Shown here: piece by piece, positions 41,134 to 51,683 of the stretch | Position numbering within the stretch: position 1 is the stretch's first letter | Layout of the letters: each line of letters begins with the position of its first letter | Translations under genes and position numbers: made by a program | Notes under the pieces: generated by a model | The model's database searches: none | Told to the model about the DNA's origin: nothing | Seen by the model: only the letters and a program-made list of their open reading frames with translations | Assembly (NCBI GenBank): GCA_050015075.1 | Contig: JBEKCB010000008.1 | Span: 64,001-128,000, forward strand | Reading direction: 5' to 3' | Origin: Candidatus Brocadiia bacterium | GTDB lineage: Bacteria > Planctomycetota > Brocadiia > CAIUPP01 | Length of the DNA stretch: 64,000 nt

Positions 41134-41868
41134 ATGAAGACGCACATGGGCCGTTGCGTTGTGGTCGTTCTCGCTCTCGCCGTATTGGTCACCGCAGTTG
41201 TTCCTCTGACAGGCTGTTCGACGACATTCCAGGCTCGAAGCGTGAAACCATCCGGCTTCCTGGGTGACCCCAGTGACTACGCGCAGTTGCGCAAGGGAAC
41301 CGGCGACGAAGCGCTCATGGTCTATTTCAAGCCGGACGTGGACTGGAAGGCGTACAACGCCATCCTCATGGATCCGGTCAGAGTGTATTATTCCGTTGAA
41401 ACGGGCTGGTGGACCAGCGCTTCGCAGGAGACCGTGCAGGCCCTCGTCAACTATCTTGACGCCACAGTTCGGAAACAGTTGGGCGACAGCTACAAGTTTG
41501 TTGACCAGCCTGGTCCGGGTGTATTGCATCTGCGCGTGGCCATCACTGACACGCAAGGCTCCAACCGAGTGCTCGATACCGCCTCCAGCGTGATCCCAAT
41601 CGGCGTCGCAGCCAACCTGCTGAAACGGGCCGTATTCGGCGAGAACGCGAGTGTGGGCGAAGCCGGGATCGAGGGAGAAATACTCGACAGCCAATCGGGC
41701 GAACGGCTTGCCGCCGCCGTGGATAAGCGCGTCGGTCGGAAATACACCTTCAAGTTCAACAAGTTCAATGCATGGCGGGTGGCCGAGGATTCTTACGATG
41801 TGTGGGCGTTGCGCCTGCGGAACCGCCTCGCGGAACTGCGCGAGAGCGCCCCGGCTACCGACCGGTAG
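41134..41868 (+). CDS. DUF3313-family lipoprotein
   Basis: Lipobox LTGC, SGFLGD..DY..L, PGPGVLHLRVAITD, E.EILDSQSGERLAAAVD; AGGAG RBS. Confidence 0.8.
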   Translation: MKTHMGRCVVVVLALAVLVTAVVPLTGCSTTFQARSVKPSGFLGDPSDYAQLRKGTGDEALMVYFKPDVDWKAYNAILMDPVRVYYSVETGWWTSASQETVQALVNYLDATVRKQLGDSYKFVDQPGPGVLHLRVAITDTQGSNRVLDTASSVIPIGVAANLLKRAVFGENASVGEAGIEGEILDSQSGERLAAAVDKRVGRKYTFKFNKFNAWRVAEDSYDVWALRLRNRLAELRESAPATDR

Positions 41869-42102
41869 ATGAGAAACCGGTCCAGCGCGTCATAAGATCA
41901 CCCCATGCGCGTCTATTGGGGTTGGACGCGCAGAAGAATGGACTGAGCTTGACTAAAAAGGCGTAAAAGCTCGTAACGGCAGCGACCGTCGCCGACGGCT
42001 CTCTCGCCATCGGCATGGCACTCAACTCGCAGGCCCTTGCAGCGAAGGATAGTTCTGATGGGCAAGACAGACAAGAGCACGAAACGAGAAATTGAGGCCA
42101 TT

Positions 42103-42915
42103 ATGGCGAAAAAGTCCGAAAAGCTCGAAGGCCTGCCGAAGAAACTCAAAACAAAGGTCTATAACCGGGAGCTGGCGCGGCTGCAAACCGAGATGGTCAA
42201 ATTGCAGGAATGGATCAAGCTCAAAGGCCTCAAGGTGGTGGTGATTTTTGAGGGGCGTGATGCAGCCGGTAAAGGAGGCGTGATCAAGCGAGTGACGGCG
42301 CTGACGAACCCGCGCATTGTCCGAATTGCGGCCCTGGGGACTCCCACGGAGCGGGAAAAAACGCAATGGTATTTCCAGCGTTATGTCGCGCATCTGCCAG
42401 CAGCCGGCGAAATGGTGCTCTTTGACCGCAGTTGGTACAACCGCGCCGGCGTTGAGCGCGTGATGGGTTTTTGTACGGACAAGGAATACGAGGAGTTCCT
42501 GCACATCTGTCCCGGATTTGAGAAAGCACTGATACAATCCGGGATTGTTCTCGTCAAGTACTGGTTCTCGGTGAGTGACGAGGTTCAGGAAGCCCGTTTC
42601 CAGAAGAGGCTCAAAGATCCGGCCCGGCGTTGGAAACTCAGTCCCATGGATCTTCAGGCTCGCGCGCACTGGGTGGATTATTCCAAGGCCAAGGATGTGA
42701 TGTTTGAACACACAAACACCACACACTCTCCCTGGCATGTGGTGGATGCGAACGACAAGAAGCGCGCACGGTTGAATTGCATGACGCATTTATTGGGCCG
42801 CATTCCCTACAAGGATGTGACTGGAAAAACTCTAGCAATCCCTAAACGGCAGAAGGACAAAGGGTATAAACGGCCATCTTTGAGCAAGCAGACCTTTGTC
42901 CCGACGATTTACTGA
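42103..42915 (+). CDS. ppk2: Polyphosphate kinase 2
   Basis: FEGRDAAGKGG, WYFQRY, FDRSWYNRAGVE, WKLSPMD, KKRARLN (alternative start 42058). Confidence 0.95.
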   Translation: MAKKSEKLEGLPKKLKTKVYNRELARLQTEMVKLQEWIKLKGLKVVVIFEGRDAAGKGGVIKRVTALTNPRIVRIAALGTPTEREKTQWYFQRYVAHLPAAGEMVLFDRSWYNRAGVERVMGFCTDKEYEEFLHICPGFEKALIQSGIVLVKYWFSVSDEVQEARFQKRLKDPARRWKLSPMDLQARAHWVDYSKAKDVMFEHTNTTHSPWHVVDANDKKRARLNCMTHLLGRIPYKDVTGKTLAIPKRQKDKGYKRPSLSKQTFVPTIY

Positions 42916-43227
42916 AGAAAGGGCTGATATCCCTTTCTTCAACCATTGCGGAGTGGAGCCAGCAGGGACTGATTAAGGTCAGTCAGCAAACTATGGTTGA
43001 ACTCCAGGACAAACTGAATGCTCCGTGAGACGGCAGGAACTAAGTAGGAAGGATGCGCTGGAATCGGGCTCAGGCGCCGGGGTGAAATAAGCCCGGAGCG
43101 GCTGCGATTACGCAAGTTCAAGAATGAAGGGCCTCCGGCGGACGACGAGTCCGCCGGGGGATATCCGCTGTACAAACCGAACGGGCGCAACTACATAAAC
43201 AATTGCGCGCAAAGAACCGGCACTAGC

Positions 43228-43366
43228 AAGGCGAACATCCGCAACGTGGGCCCGCGCGCTTCGCATCTCCGAGCCGATCCTGCGGCATATGGCGGAAGCG
43301 GGCGAGGTCAAGATCGTGGGCGCCTGCTGCGTCCTCGACACGGGGCGCGTAGAGTGGCTCCAGTAG
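43228..43366 (+). pseudogene. C-terminal remnant of a beta-carbonic anhydrase
   Basis: KANIRNV/[frameshift]ARALRISEPILRHMAEAGEVKIVGACCVLDTGRVEWLQ*. Confidence 0.7.
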
Positions 43367-43388
43367 GCCAGATTCTGAGCGAACTTCG

Positions 43389-45143
43389 GTGCAAGGAACA
43401 GGTGCAGTGACGCAGTTACCGTTAACTCCAAGGGGCGCATCCGCTTCACGGTGGTGGCCGCTTGAGTATTCGAGGTCGTTCCTGCGCCTGGATGTCATAG
43501 CCGGCCTGACAACGGCTGCCGTGGTCATCCCTCAGGCTCTGGCCTATGCCGGAATTGCCGGCCTGCCTCCCAGCGTGGGACTGTATACCGCCGTTTTCCC
43601 GATGGTGGCGTATGCCCTGTTGGGCACCTCGCGTCCGCTCAGCGTCAGCACCACCTCGACCGTTGCCATTATGTGCGCCGGACTGCTCGCCGCGACCGTT
43701 CCCGCCGGCGACCCTGCCGGCCTGATTGCAGCGTCATCCACGTTGGCATGCCTGGTGGGCGCCTTCCTCCTGCTGTCCGGCATCCTGCGCATGGGATTCA
43801 TCGCCAACTTCCTCTCTATTCCCGTGCTCGCGGGATTCAAGGCGGGCATTGGCTTGGTCATTCTGCTGAATCAGATTCCCAAACTCCTGGGCATACACGT
43901 TGAGAAGGGCAACTTCCTGGCCAGTCTGCTCTCTCTCGCCCGGCATCTGCCCGAGGCCGGCGCAGCGACGGTGATTCTCGGAATCGGCGCCGTGACCCTC
44001 GTGTTGGCCCTGCAAAAATACGCTCGCCGGGTGCCGGCGCCGCTGGTAGTTGCGATTCTTGGTATTGCCGCAGCCGCGATATTTGACTTGCGCGGACAGG
44101 GCGTTGAATTGACTGGCACCGTCCAAGGCGGTATGCCTTCGCCGGCCTGGCCGAACCTATCCCTCGCGACACAGTTGTGGCCCGGAGCTTTGGCCATCGC
44201 GCTGATGGTTTTCACGGAGTCCATCGCCGCGGCCAAGACCTTTGCGCGGCACGGCGACCCGCGTCCGAACGCCGACCGGGAGTTGCTCGCGCTCGGAGGC
44301 GCCAACCTGATCGGCTGCCTCTTTGGCATCATGCCCGCAAGCGGGGGCACCTCGCAGACCGCCGTGAACCTGAGGTCCGGCGCCCGCACCCAGGCCGCCG
44401 AGATCGTCACCGCATTGCTCGGGCTTGCCGCGTTGCTGTTTCTGGGGCCGGTCATCGGCCTGTTGCCGAAGACTGTGCTCGCGGCGGTCGTCATCGCCGC
44501 CATCCTCCCGTTGCTCAACCCGGTGGGTTTCCGGGCCATTCTGCGCGTCCGCGCCGAGGAGTTCGTGTGGGCGCTGGCCGCCCTGGCGGGCGTCGTGGTC
44601 TTTGGCATGCTCTGGGGCATCCTGTTGGCGGTGGCGATCTCGATGCTCACGCTGTTCTACCTGGCCAACCATCCTCCCGTCTACGTGCTGGCGTATAACC
44701 GTTCGGAGGACGTGTTCCGCCCGTTGGGTGAGAGCCCGGACGACGTGACCTTGCCGGGCGTGCTCATCCTCCGCACGGAAGGACGCATGCACTTCGCCAG
44801 CGCCCCCCGGCCGGCCGAAAAGATGCGCGCCCTGGTGGACGAATGGCATCCCCGCGTGCTTGTCCTGGACTGCCGCGCCATCCCGGATTTTGAGTATACG
44901 GCCCTGACCATGATGTTGGAGGCGGAGCAAACGCTGCGCGAGCGCGGAATCACGCTGCGTCTGGCGGGGCTGAATCCCGGCGCGCGAAAGGTGATTGAGC
45001 GTTCGCCGCTGGGTGCGGCGCTTGGCCCGGACCGGATATTTGGCACTGTGCGCGAAGCCGTGAGCGACACCTTGTGCGCGAAACTTGCTGCGCGTGGTAT
45101 CAGCGGATTCCCCAACGCGAAGGTTACGATAGCGGAGGAATAA
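43389..45143 (+). CDS. SulP/SLC26 anion transporter with STAS domain
   Basis: DVIAGLT.AAVVIPQALAYA.IAGLPP..GLY, REL.ALG.AN, GARTQ, C-terminal STAS. Confidence 0.93.
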   Translation: MQGTGAVTQLPLTPRGASASRWWPLEYSRSFLRLDVIAGLTTAAVVIPQALAYAGIAGLPPSVGLYTAVFPMVAYALLGTSRPLSVSTTSTVAIMCAGLLAATVPAGDPAGLIAASSTLACLVGAFLLLSGILRMGFIANFLSIPVLAGFKAGIGLVILLNQIPKLLGIHVEKGNFLASLLSLARHLPEAGAATVILGIGAVTLVLALQKYARRVPAPLVVAILGIAAAAIFDLRGQGVELTGTVQGGMPSPAWPNLSLATQLWPGALAIALMVFTESIAAAKTFARHGDPRPNADRELLALGGANLIGCLFGIMPASGGTSQTAVNLRSGARTQAAEIVTALLGLAALLFLGPVIGLLPKTVLAAVVIAAILPLLNPVGFRAILRVRAEEFVWALAALAGVVVFGMLWGILLAVAISMLTLFYLANHPPVYVLAYNRSEDVFRPLGESPDDVTLPGVLILRTEGRMHFASAPRPAEKMRALVDEWHPRVLVLDCRAIPDFEYTALTMMLEAEQTLRERGITLRLAGLNPGARKVIERSPLGAALGPDRIFGTVREAVSDTLCAKLAARGISGFPNAKVTIAEE

Positions 45144-45232
45144 GGCGATGGAAGGCCAGTAGACCGCGCGGCCACAGAAGCGGACTGATTTGTGTCGGCT
45201 TCCAGACGACGCCGTGGAGGCTGGAGCACGGA

Positions 45233-45859
45233 TCAGGGTGCTTTGCCATGCTCTCCACCGATCGGCTTCAGCGAGTCAGCAATCTGCTTGCTCAATGAGT
45301 AGACCGCGCGATTAAGGGCGGCGACGATCTGATCCGGCTCGGCGCCCGTGACTGCTTCCGCAATCGCAACCCGCGACGCGAAGACTGTCTCTTGTTTCGT
45401 CCGGTCACGCACGGACCATTCCGCCGCGACATTGACGGCTTTGGCGTCCGCATCGAGGCGAGTCACTCGTACGCTCACCATGAAGTCGCCTGGGCGATGA
45501 TTGGCCGTCGGCTCAGTCTCCACGCGCCATACGGGCAGCAGCGCTGACAGATTCTCCGCCAATACGCGGGTGAGGCCCGCCTCCAGCGGTTCCGCCCACC
45601 GGCGGAACTCCAGAGGCTTGACTTCCTCACTGCTGAGGCGGGTGACGATTTCAGGGCGGACCAGATAAGCGGGCAGGACGACGGAATCCACGAAAAGCCT
45701 TGGCCCCGCCTGCTCGACGCGGGCGGCCTGGTTGGCGCCTTCGGCGAGCGGACTCAGCACATAATAGCGTGTCTGCTGGCTCCGGGCGCACGCGCCGGTC
45801 ATCAGTAGTGTGGCGGCGAGACCCGCCGCCAGCCAAAGGTTTTGCGCGCGGCGTGACAT
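45233..45859 (-). CDS. PqiC-like ABC transport auxiliary lipoprotein
   Basis: Lipobox-like GAC, YYVLS, LPAYL.RPEIV, RWAEPL. Confidence 0.85.
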   Translation of the reverse strand: MSRRAQNLWLAAGLAATLLMTGACARSQQTRYYVLSPLAEGANQAARVEQAGPRLFVDSVVLPAYLVRPEIVTRLSSEEVKPLEFRRWAEPLEAGLTRVLAENLSALLPVWRVETEPTANHRPGDFMVSVRVTRLDADAKAVNVAAEWSVRDRTKQETVFASRVAIAEAVTGAEPDQIVAALNRAVYSLSKQIADSLKPIGGEHGKAP

Positions 45860-45860
45860 G

Positions 45861-46850
45861 TCACTCACCTCCCTTTCCGCGTAAGAGGGACTCCGGTTGC
45901 CGGTCAATAAGGTTCGCCAGCGTTCCCATCGCATCGGCGGCCTTCGAAATGTCCTTCAGCGCCTTCGTCAAGGCTTGCCGGGTATCGGAATCGTAAGCGA
46001 CCGCGCCTTGGACTGTCTTCAAAGTGTCTTCGGCCTGGTCGAGGGCCTGGCGGACATTCCGCGCGGTCTCGGTGAACTCTTCGGTCAGCGGCTTGACCTG
46101 GGTGTCCACATGGCCGGTCAGATTTCGAACATCTGCCACCGCACCTTCAATGGCTGTGCGAGTTGTGTCCAGATTCTTCAAGAGTGTCCCCGCTTGTTGG
46201 ATGCTTTCGTTGGCGGACTTGATGGCGCCGGTGATCTCCGGGTCGCTGACGACTTTCTGGATGTCTTTGACCGTCGCCAGGATGGACTTCATGAGTTCCT
46301 CGATCGGCAGGTTATCGAGGGTCTTGGTGAGTTCCTCCATGCTGGATGGAATCGTGGGAATCTCCAGTTCCGCATGGAACGGGTCCAGGAATTGAGCGGG
46401 GGCCTCGGGATGAAACGCGAGGGACACCTCCAGTTGGCCAGTCACCATGCTCCGGACGCGAAGCTGCCCGCGGAGTCCTTTTTCAATCAAGTTGAGTAAG
46501 AGAGCCTTCGGGTCAGATGTAAGCATTCCCTTGGCCGCTGTCTGGTTGCGAATGACCGTCATTCCGCCGCGTTCAATCTCGACCGTGACCGGGACCAGGA
46601 ACTTCAGACTTTCGGGGTCGCCCATGATGTGAATGTCCGTGACCGCGCCGACCTTGACCCCCATGAACGTCACCGGCGAGCCGGCCGACAGACCGTTGAC
46701 AGCCCCTGAGAAATAAAGCACGCACGGTATCGTCTTGCGAAAGAACTTGCCGCCTCCGAAAAGCAGCAGGCCTCCCATCGCCAGCACCAAAGCACCCACG
46801 ACAAATCCGCCCACGACGGCGGGATTAGCGCGTTCAGCCATATAAGTCAC
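45861..46850 (-). CDS. MlaD/MCE family protein
   Basis: N-terminal TM, GL.AGSPV.F.GV.VG.V, GLRGQL...S.VTG.L, helical tail ending PESLLRGK. Confidence 0.9.
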   Translation of the reverse strand: MTYMAERANPAVVGGFVVGALVLAMGGLLLFGGGKFFRKTIPCVLYFSGAVNGLSAGSPVTFMGVKVGAVTDIHIMGDPESLKFLVPVTVEIERGGMTVIRNQTAAKGMLTSDPKALLLNLIEKGLRGQLRVRSMVTGQLEVSLAFHPEAPAQFLDPFHAELEIPTIPSSMEELTKTLDNLPIEELMKSILATVKDIQKVVSDPEITGAIKSANESIQQAGTLLKNLDTTRTAIEGAVADVRNLTGHVDTQVKPLTEEFTETARNVRQALDQAEDTLKTVQGAVAYDSDTRQALTKALKDISKAADAMGTLANLIDRQPESLLRGKGGE

Positions 46851-46871
46851 CTCCGTTCGATCGTCAGCCCG

Positions 46872-47672
46872 CTATGGGGCTGCGCTGGTTATGCCGGCGT
46901 TTCCGGCTTCCGCACCGCGGGTCAGAAATGCGCGGACCTCTGGAACCGTTGAGTGAGCCAGCAATTCCTTTGGATTCCCATGGGCGATCAGGGTCTTCGT
47001 CACCGCGTCCAGGAATATCGAGTCGTCGCCGATCGCAAAGACGCTCGCCAGTTCATGGGTGACAATCACGACCGTGGCGCCGAGGCTGTCGCGCAACTCC
47101 AGGATCAGTTCGTCGAGGCGCCGCGAACTGACCGGGTCGAGGCCGGCGGAAGGCTCGTCAAAGAAAAGTATCTCCGGGTCAAGCGCCATGGCGCGCGCCA
47201 GGCCGGCGCGCTTGCGCATGCCGCCGCTGATTTCCGAGGGGTAGAACTCCTCGAATCCGGCCAGGCCGACCAAGGCGAGCTTGAACGACACGATTTCCTT
47301 GACCTGGCGGGGCCGCAGATCGGTGAATGTTTCGAGCAGCACCGAGATGTTTTCCGCCAGCGTCAGCGAACTCCACAGCGCGCCGCTCTGGTACAGCACG
47401 CCGCAGCGCCGCATCATGCGTTCGCGTTCCTCGGCACCGGCAGCCCAGAAGTCAACGCCGCCGTGCAGCACCTGGCCGCGCGCCGGCCGAGTGAGACCGA
47501 AGAGCGCGCGCATCACCGTGCTTTTTCCGCAGCCGCTGCCGCCCATGATGAGAAAGACCTGGCCGCGCTTGACCGAGAACGCCAGATCGTGCTGGATGAC
47601 GCGATCACCGTAGGCGACCGTCATGTCTTTAACCTCGATGTGCGCCGGCGTCTCTTTCGTTGGTTCTGCCAT
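46872..47672 (-). CDS. MlaF-like ABC ATP-binding protein
   Basis: GGSGCGKST, ISGGMRKRAGLARA, FFDEPSAGLDP. Confidence 0.92.
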   Translation of the reverse strand: MAEPTKETPAHIEVKDMTVAYGDRVIQHDLAFSVKRGQVFLIMGGSGCGKSTVMRALFGLTRPARGQVLHGGVDFWAAGAEERERMMRRCGVLYQSGALWSSLTLAENISVLLETFTDLRPRQVKEIVSFKLALVGLAGFEEFYPSEISGGMRKRAGLARAMALDPEILFFDEPSAGLDPVSSRRLDELILELRDSLGATVVIVTHELASVFAIGDDSIFLDAVTKTLIAHGNPKELLAHSTVPEVRAFLTRGAEAGNAGITSAAP

Positions 47673-47681
47673 TGATAAGGC

Positions 47682-48839
47682 CTATATGTGAAGCACGGTG
47701 CAGATAACCGCCGCCAGGGAGTCGAGCAGGATGATGGCCACAATGCCGCTGACCACGGCCGAGGTCGCCGCCTCGCCCACGGCCGAGGCGCTCCGGCCGC
47801 ACTGCACGCCTCGCAGGCAACCGACGGCCGCAACCACAATTCCGAAGACGAGGCCCTTCCCCACGCCCATGCTGAAGTCGCTCAAGCTGACGACTGAGCG
47901 CGTCTGGTCAATGTAGGTGGACAGGGGAATGCCGAACATGGTGACGCTGACAAGTGCGCCGCCGCCGATCCCCATCAGCATGGCGTACAGGCAGAGCATC
48001 GGCATCATCACGGCAAGGGCAAGCAGGCGCGGCAACACCAGAAAGCCGATGGGCGAAAACCCGGCCGTGCTGAGGGCGTCAACCTCCTCGTTGACCTGCA
48101 TCGTGCCGATTTGTGCGGCAAAGGCGGCGCCGGTGCGGCCCGCCATGATAATGCCGGTCATCATGGGCGCCATCTCGCGCACGACGCCGATGGCAACGCC
48201 CGCGGCAATGTAGATTTCCGCCCCGAATTGCTTGAGCTGGTAGGCTCCGACAAATGCCAGAATCATCCCGATCAGTACGCTGATCAGCGAAACAATGGGA
48301 AATGCCTCTGCTCCCGCCGCCTGTGCGAACAGGAACAGATCCACGCGCCGGAACATGGTTTTCCCGCGGAAGAGGTCCACCGTCGCCTGAACGCAGTCGC
48401 CCAGAAAGGTCAGGACCGCCCCGGTTGACTGGACAAACTCAATGGTCTGCGCGCCGAAGGCAGCCAGAAATGATCTTCGGGCGCTTCCAGCATGGTCTGT
48501 TGCGCGCGGCGGCACAGCACGCGCCAGGCGCACAAGGCGCTGGGCGCCCTCGGGCAAGCCTGCGGTATCCACGGGAACCTTGCGTTGCGCGCAGGCATCG
48601 AAGACGCCCATGACAAGCGCCATCATGCCGGAGTCCCACCCGGAGAGTTCCTTTCCGTCGAGTTCCACGCGAATGGGGGCGCCACCTTCGTCGAGCCGGC
48701 CCAGGAGCGTATCCACGGCGGGAAGGTTCGCCGGCTGCTTCCAGTTGCCGCGCAACTGCACCACCACGGTTCCATCGGGGCGGCGTTCGAGGGTCGCTGC
48801 CGCGTCAGAAGACTGATTCTGATCTGTCATGTAACCCAT
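47682..48839 (-). CDS. MlaE family permease with N-terminal STAS-like domain
   Basis: REMAP...AGRTGAAFAAQIGTM.VNEEVDAL, VGEAAT.AVV; N-terminal WDSG. Confidence 0.92.
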   Translation of the reverse strand: MGYMTDQNQSSDAAATLERRPDGTVVVQLRGNWKQPANLPAVDTLLGRLDEGGAPIRVELDGKELSGWDSGMMALVMGVFDACAQRKVPVDTAGLPEGAQRLVRLARAVPPRATDHAGSARRSFLAAFGAQTIEFVQSTGAVLTFLGDCVQATVDLFRGKTMFRRVDLFLFAQAAGAEAFPIVSLISVLIGMILAFVGAYQLKQFGAEIYIAAGVAIGVVREMAPMMTGIIMAGRTGAAFAAQIGTMQVNEEVDALSTAGFSPIGFLVLPRLLALAVMMPMLCLYAMLMGIGGGALVSVTMFGIPLSTYIDQTRSVVSLSDFSMGVGKGLVFGIVVAAVGCLRGVQCGRSASAVGEAATSAVVSGIVAIILLDSLAAVICTVLHI

Positions 48840-49241
48840 CCGCCCGAAGCCGCCGTAACTGATACAGGTCTGACTCGCGCCGCCGTGTTCCCATCAACCG
48901 CCGTCGTTTGTGGCGGACACACATGCTTGGTACCGGCCACGTGTCCCAAGAAGTTTCACCTTTTGACGTGTATCATCGGGCCGAATTCTGTGCAATTGGA
49001 CTTTGGTCGTATTGAAGGAGTCCTGCAAAGGGCGCACAAAAATCGTGGTGCGGTGTGGAATGGAAGAAAATTACGTCACTCTTTGAAAGTCTCTGTCGAA
49101 GAGCGGAATCTGGGCAGAGTTCATTTTCGCTGATAACACGGAGGTGCCCGGTGCAACTCGACAGCTAAAACAGCGCTCCAACTTCCCTGTTCGGGTGTTA
49201 CAAAAGAGTGGAGGCCGCGGCACGTCAGCCGCACGTAAGAA

Positions 49242-49450
49242 TCACTTCTTTCCGTGGTCAGTGCCCGCGGGCTTCAACTGCAGGGTTATCGCCCGAACTG
49301 TTTTGGGGTCAACGCGCCGGCAGTACCGCGCGGTCACTCTCGGGTCTGAGTGGCCGAGCGCTTCGCTCGCAACGCGCTGGTTGATCCCCAGCGCCGCACA
49401 CGAAGCGGAGCCGATGGCTTGACCGGAGCCTCTGGAGCGTGATAGAAGCA
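49242..49450 (-). pseudogene. C-terminal remnant of a tyrosine recombinase
   Basis: ITLQRLRSSH (shifted frame) then ...GINQRVASEALGHSDPRVTARY (box II LGH...Y). Confidence 0.7.
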
Positions 49451-49482
49451 TAGTCTCATGCCCGAAGGGGCTTTCCTTCCGG

Positions 49483-51630
49483 ATGGTCCGGCGGGAATTC
49501 GGCTTTGATTGGTTCGTGACCGGCGTGGCGGAAAAACCTCCTTACAAACGAATTGACCTCGGGCAGCTCGACAAGATCCAGCAGGCGGAGCGCCCGACGC
49601 TGCGCATCCGCTGGTGGATCGTGCTGCCGCTGGCGGTGCTCCTCTCCGCCGTGCAGGCGGCGCTGAACCTCCACCTGGAGAACCGCCCCACCGGAGTCAC
49701 CCTGATCGCCACGCAGATCTCGGTCATCGCCTTCGCCTTCCTGATCCTGCTCTCCCTCGGGTTGAACCCGCTGCTGCGGCTGACTCGCCTGATGGAGCCG
49801 TTCAACCGCGGCGAGATGATGACGCTGTATGCGGCGCTCTGCGTTTCGGCGGGCATCAGTTCCTATGGCCTTGTGGATCAGCTCGTGCCGCTGATCGCCA
49901 CCCCGTTCAACACCGAGTACGCCACGGCGCAGAGCGGCTGGACGAAGGACGTGACGCCGTACCTGAACAAGGCGCTCTACATCACGGACATGGCGGGCAT
50001 CAAGGAGTACCGGCAGGGCTTCGCCTCGACCGAAGGCCTGTGGCGGAAGGTCCCGTGGGCATTATGGGCCAAGCCGCTCGCGCTCTGGATGATTTTCGTC
50101 TTCGCCGTCTACGGCGTCTTCTACGGTTTGGCGATGCTGTTGTTTGACACATGGGCGCGGCGGGAGAAGCTGATCTTTCCTCTGGCGCGGCTGCCCGAGG
50201 ACCTGATGAGCGACGAAAACGCCCCCAGCGGCACGATTTCCTCCACCCTGCGCAGCGGCCTGTTCTGGCTCGGGTTCCTTTTCGTCGCGATGCTGCTCAG
50301 CTACAATGCCTGCTGCCAGGCGGGCTGGCTCCGCGGTCTGACCCCGCTGACGCTCGGCCTCGACCAATCCAAGCTTCAGGACATGCTCTCCAACTCCGTT
50401 TTCAAGGGCATCGCCGACGAACTGGGCGGCGGGATGTACCGGGTCCGCGTCCTGATCATCTTCACGGCGATCGGGATCGGCTTCCTGATACCGCTGGAGA
50501 TCTCCGCGAGCATCTGGATCTATTACCTGGTCAGCGTCGCTCTTTTTCTGCTGGCGATCTGGACGGCCGCCGGGGCGACGATCCGGTCCTTCCCGAGCGA
50601 CTGGCTCTGGGAGAACAACTTCGTCAGCGCCCTGGGAGCCGGCGGGCTGCTGGCCTACTCGGCGGCGACGCTGGCCAAGCTGGCGGCCGAACGGGCGAGC
50701 GCCATCCGGCAGGCGGCCGCGGCGCAGGGCCGGCGCCTGAGCGCGGCGCGATGGGCCGTAGCGCTGCCGGCGAGCATGGGCTGGGGCGGACTGGTTTTCG
50801 CGGCCTCGTGCGCGGTGGCGATCGGCTGGCTGGCCTGGTGCCACGTCTCCTGGTACTGGGGCGCCGGCTTCATGGCGGTGATCGTACTGGTCACCGTCGG
50901 GCTGATGCGCGTCGTGGCGGAAGGGGGCATCTACTGGTTCCAGATCCACACCGGCCCGTTCCACCTGGTCAAGACTTTCGGCCTGACGGACTCGGTGCCC
51001 AAGTCGGTGCTGTCGCCGCTCATGCCGCTTTACTCGGTGCTGTTCACCGACATCAAGACGTTCATGGCGCCGACGGTGATGAACAGCTTCAAGATGCAGG
51101 AGGAGACGCGCGCCGCGCGCCGGTGGTTCCACGCCAGCGTCATTGCCGCGATCGTGGTGACGGTCGCCGTGTCGTTCGCTACGCTTCTGTACATCGTGTA
51201 CGGCGTGGGGGCGAACCGCTGCAGCGAGTGGTTCTTCAAGCTCGGGCCGACGAGCCTGCTCGACAGCACCCAACTGCTCGTCAGCGGCGGCGCCGCCGGC
51301 ACGCAGCCATACAACTGGATCTACTACCTCATCGGCGCCGGCTGGGTGCTCCTGAGCATTGGAATGCGGCGCAAGTTCTTCTGGTGGCTGCATCCGATCG
51401 GCTTCGCGATGATGGCCAATGCGCTGATCCCGGCGCTCTCGTTCTCCTTCTTCCTCGGGTGGTGCTGCAAGAAACTGGCGGTCCGGTACGGCGGGCGGCA
51501 TATGTTCGCCAAGCTGCGCCCGGCTTTCATCGGACTGATTTTCGGCGAACTCATGGCCTGTTTCGTCTGGTCGGTGGTCGCTTCGACCTTTGCGCTGAAC
51601 AAGGTTTCCATAGACCTCGACCGATTCTGA
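49483..51630 (+). CDS. Polytopic membrane protein (DUF6785/DUF6784-like, OPT-like transporter); start probably GTG 49525
   Basis: Many TMs; W..REKL.FPLA.LP, WWLHPIG, RYGG...F.KLRP.F.GLI.GE. Confidence 0.75.
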   Translation: MVRREFGFDWFVTGVAEKPPYKRIDLGQLDKIQQAERPTLRIRWWIVLPLAVLLSAVQAALNLHLENRPTGVTLIATQISVIAFAFLILLSLGLNPLLRLTRLMEPFNRGEMMTLYAALCVSAGISSYGLVDQLVPLIATPFNTEYATAQSGWTKDVTPYLNKALYITDMAGIKEYRQGFASTEGLWRKVPWALWAKPLALWMIFVFAVYGVFYGLAMLLFDTWARREKLIFPLARLPEDLMSDENAPSGTISSTLRSGLFWLGFLFVAMLLSYNACCQAGWLRGLTPLTLGLDQSKLQDMLSNSVFKGIADELGGGMYRVRVLIIFTAIGIGFLIPLEISASIWIYYLVSVALFLLAIWTAAGATIRSFPSDWLWENNFVSALGAGGLLAYSAATLAKLAAERASAIRQAAAAQGRRLSAARWAVALPASMGWGGLVFAASCAVAIGWLAWCHVSWYWGAGFMAVIVLVTVGLMRVVAEGGIYWFQIHTGPFHLVKTFGLTDSVPKSVLSPLMPLYSVLFTDIKTFMAPTVMNSFKMQEETRAARRWFHASVIAAIVVTVAVSFATLLYIVYGVGANRCSEWFFKLGPTSLLDSTQLLVSGGAAGTQPYNWIYYLIGAGWVLLSIGMRRKFFWWLHPIGFAMMANALIPALSFSFFLGWCCKKLAVRYGGRHMFAKLRPAFIGLIFGELMACFVWSVVASTFALNKVSIDLDRF

Positions 51631-51683
51631 GCCGCCGGCGGAGCCGCCCTCCTGCTCAACCGGGATTTGCCGGATGTCCACTG

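Noticed and set aside
41960-42040. Possible riboswitch upstream of ppk2
   Set aside because: Only short GC hairpins; conserved fluoride or other riboswitch cores not matched
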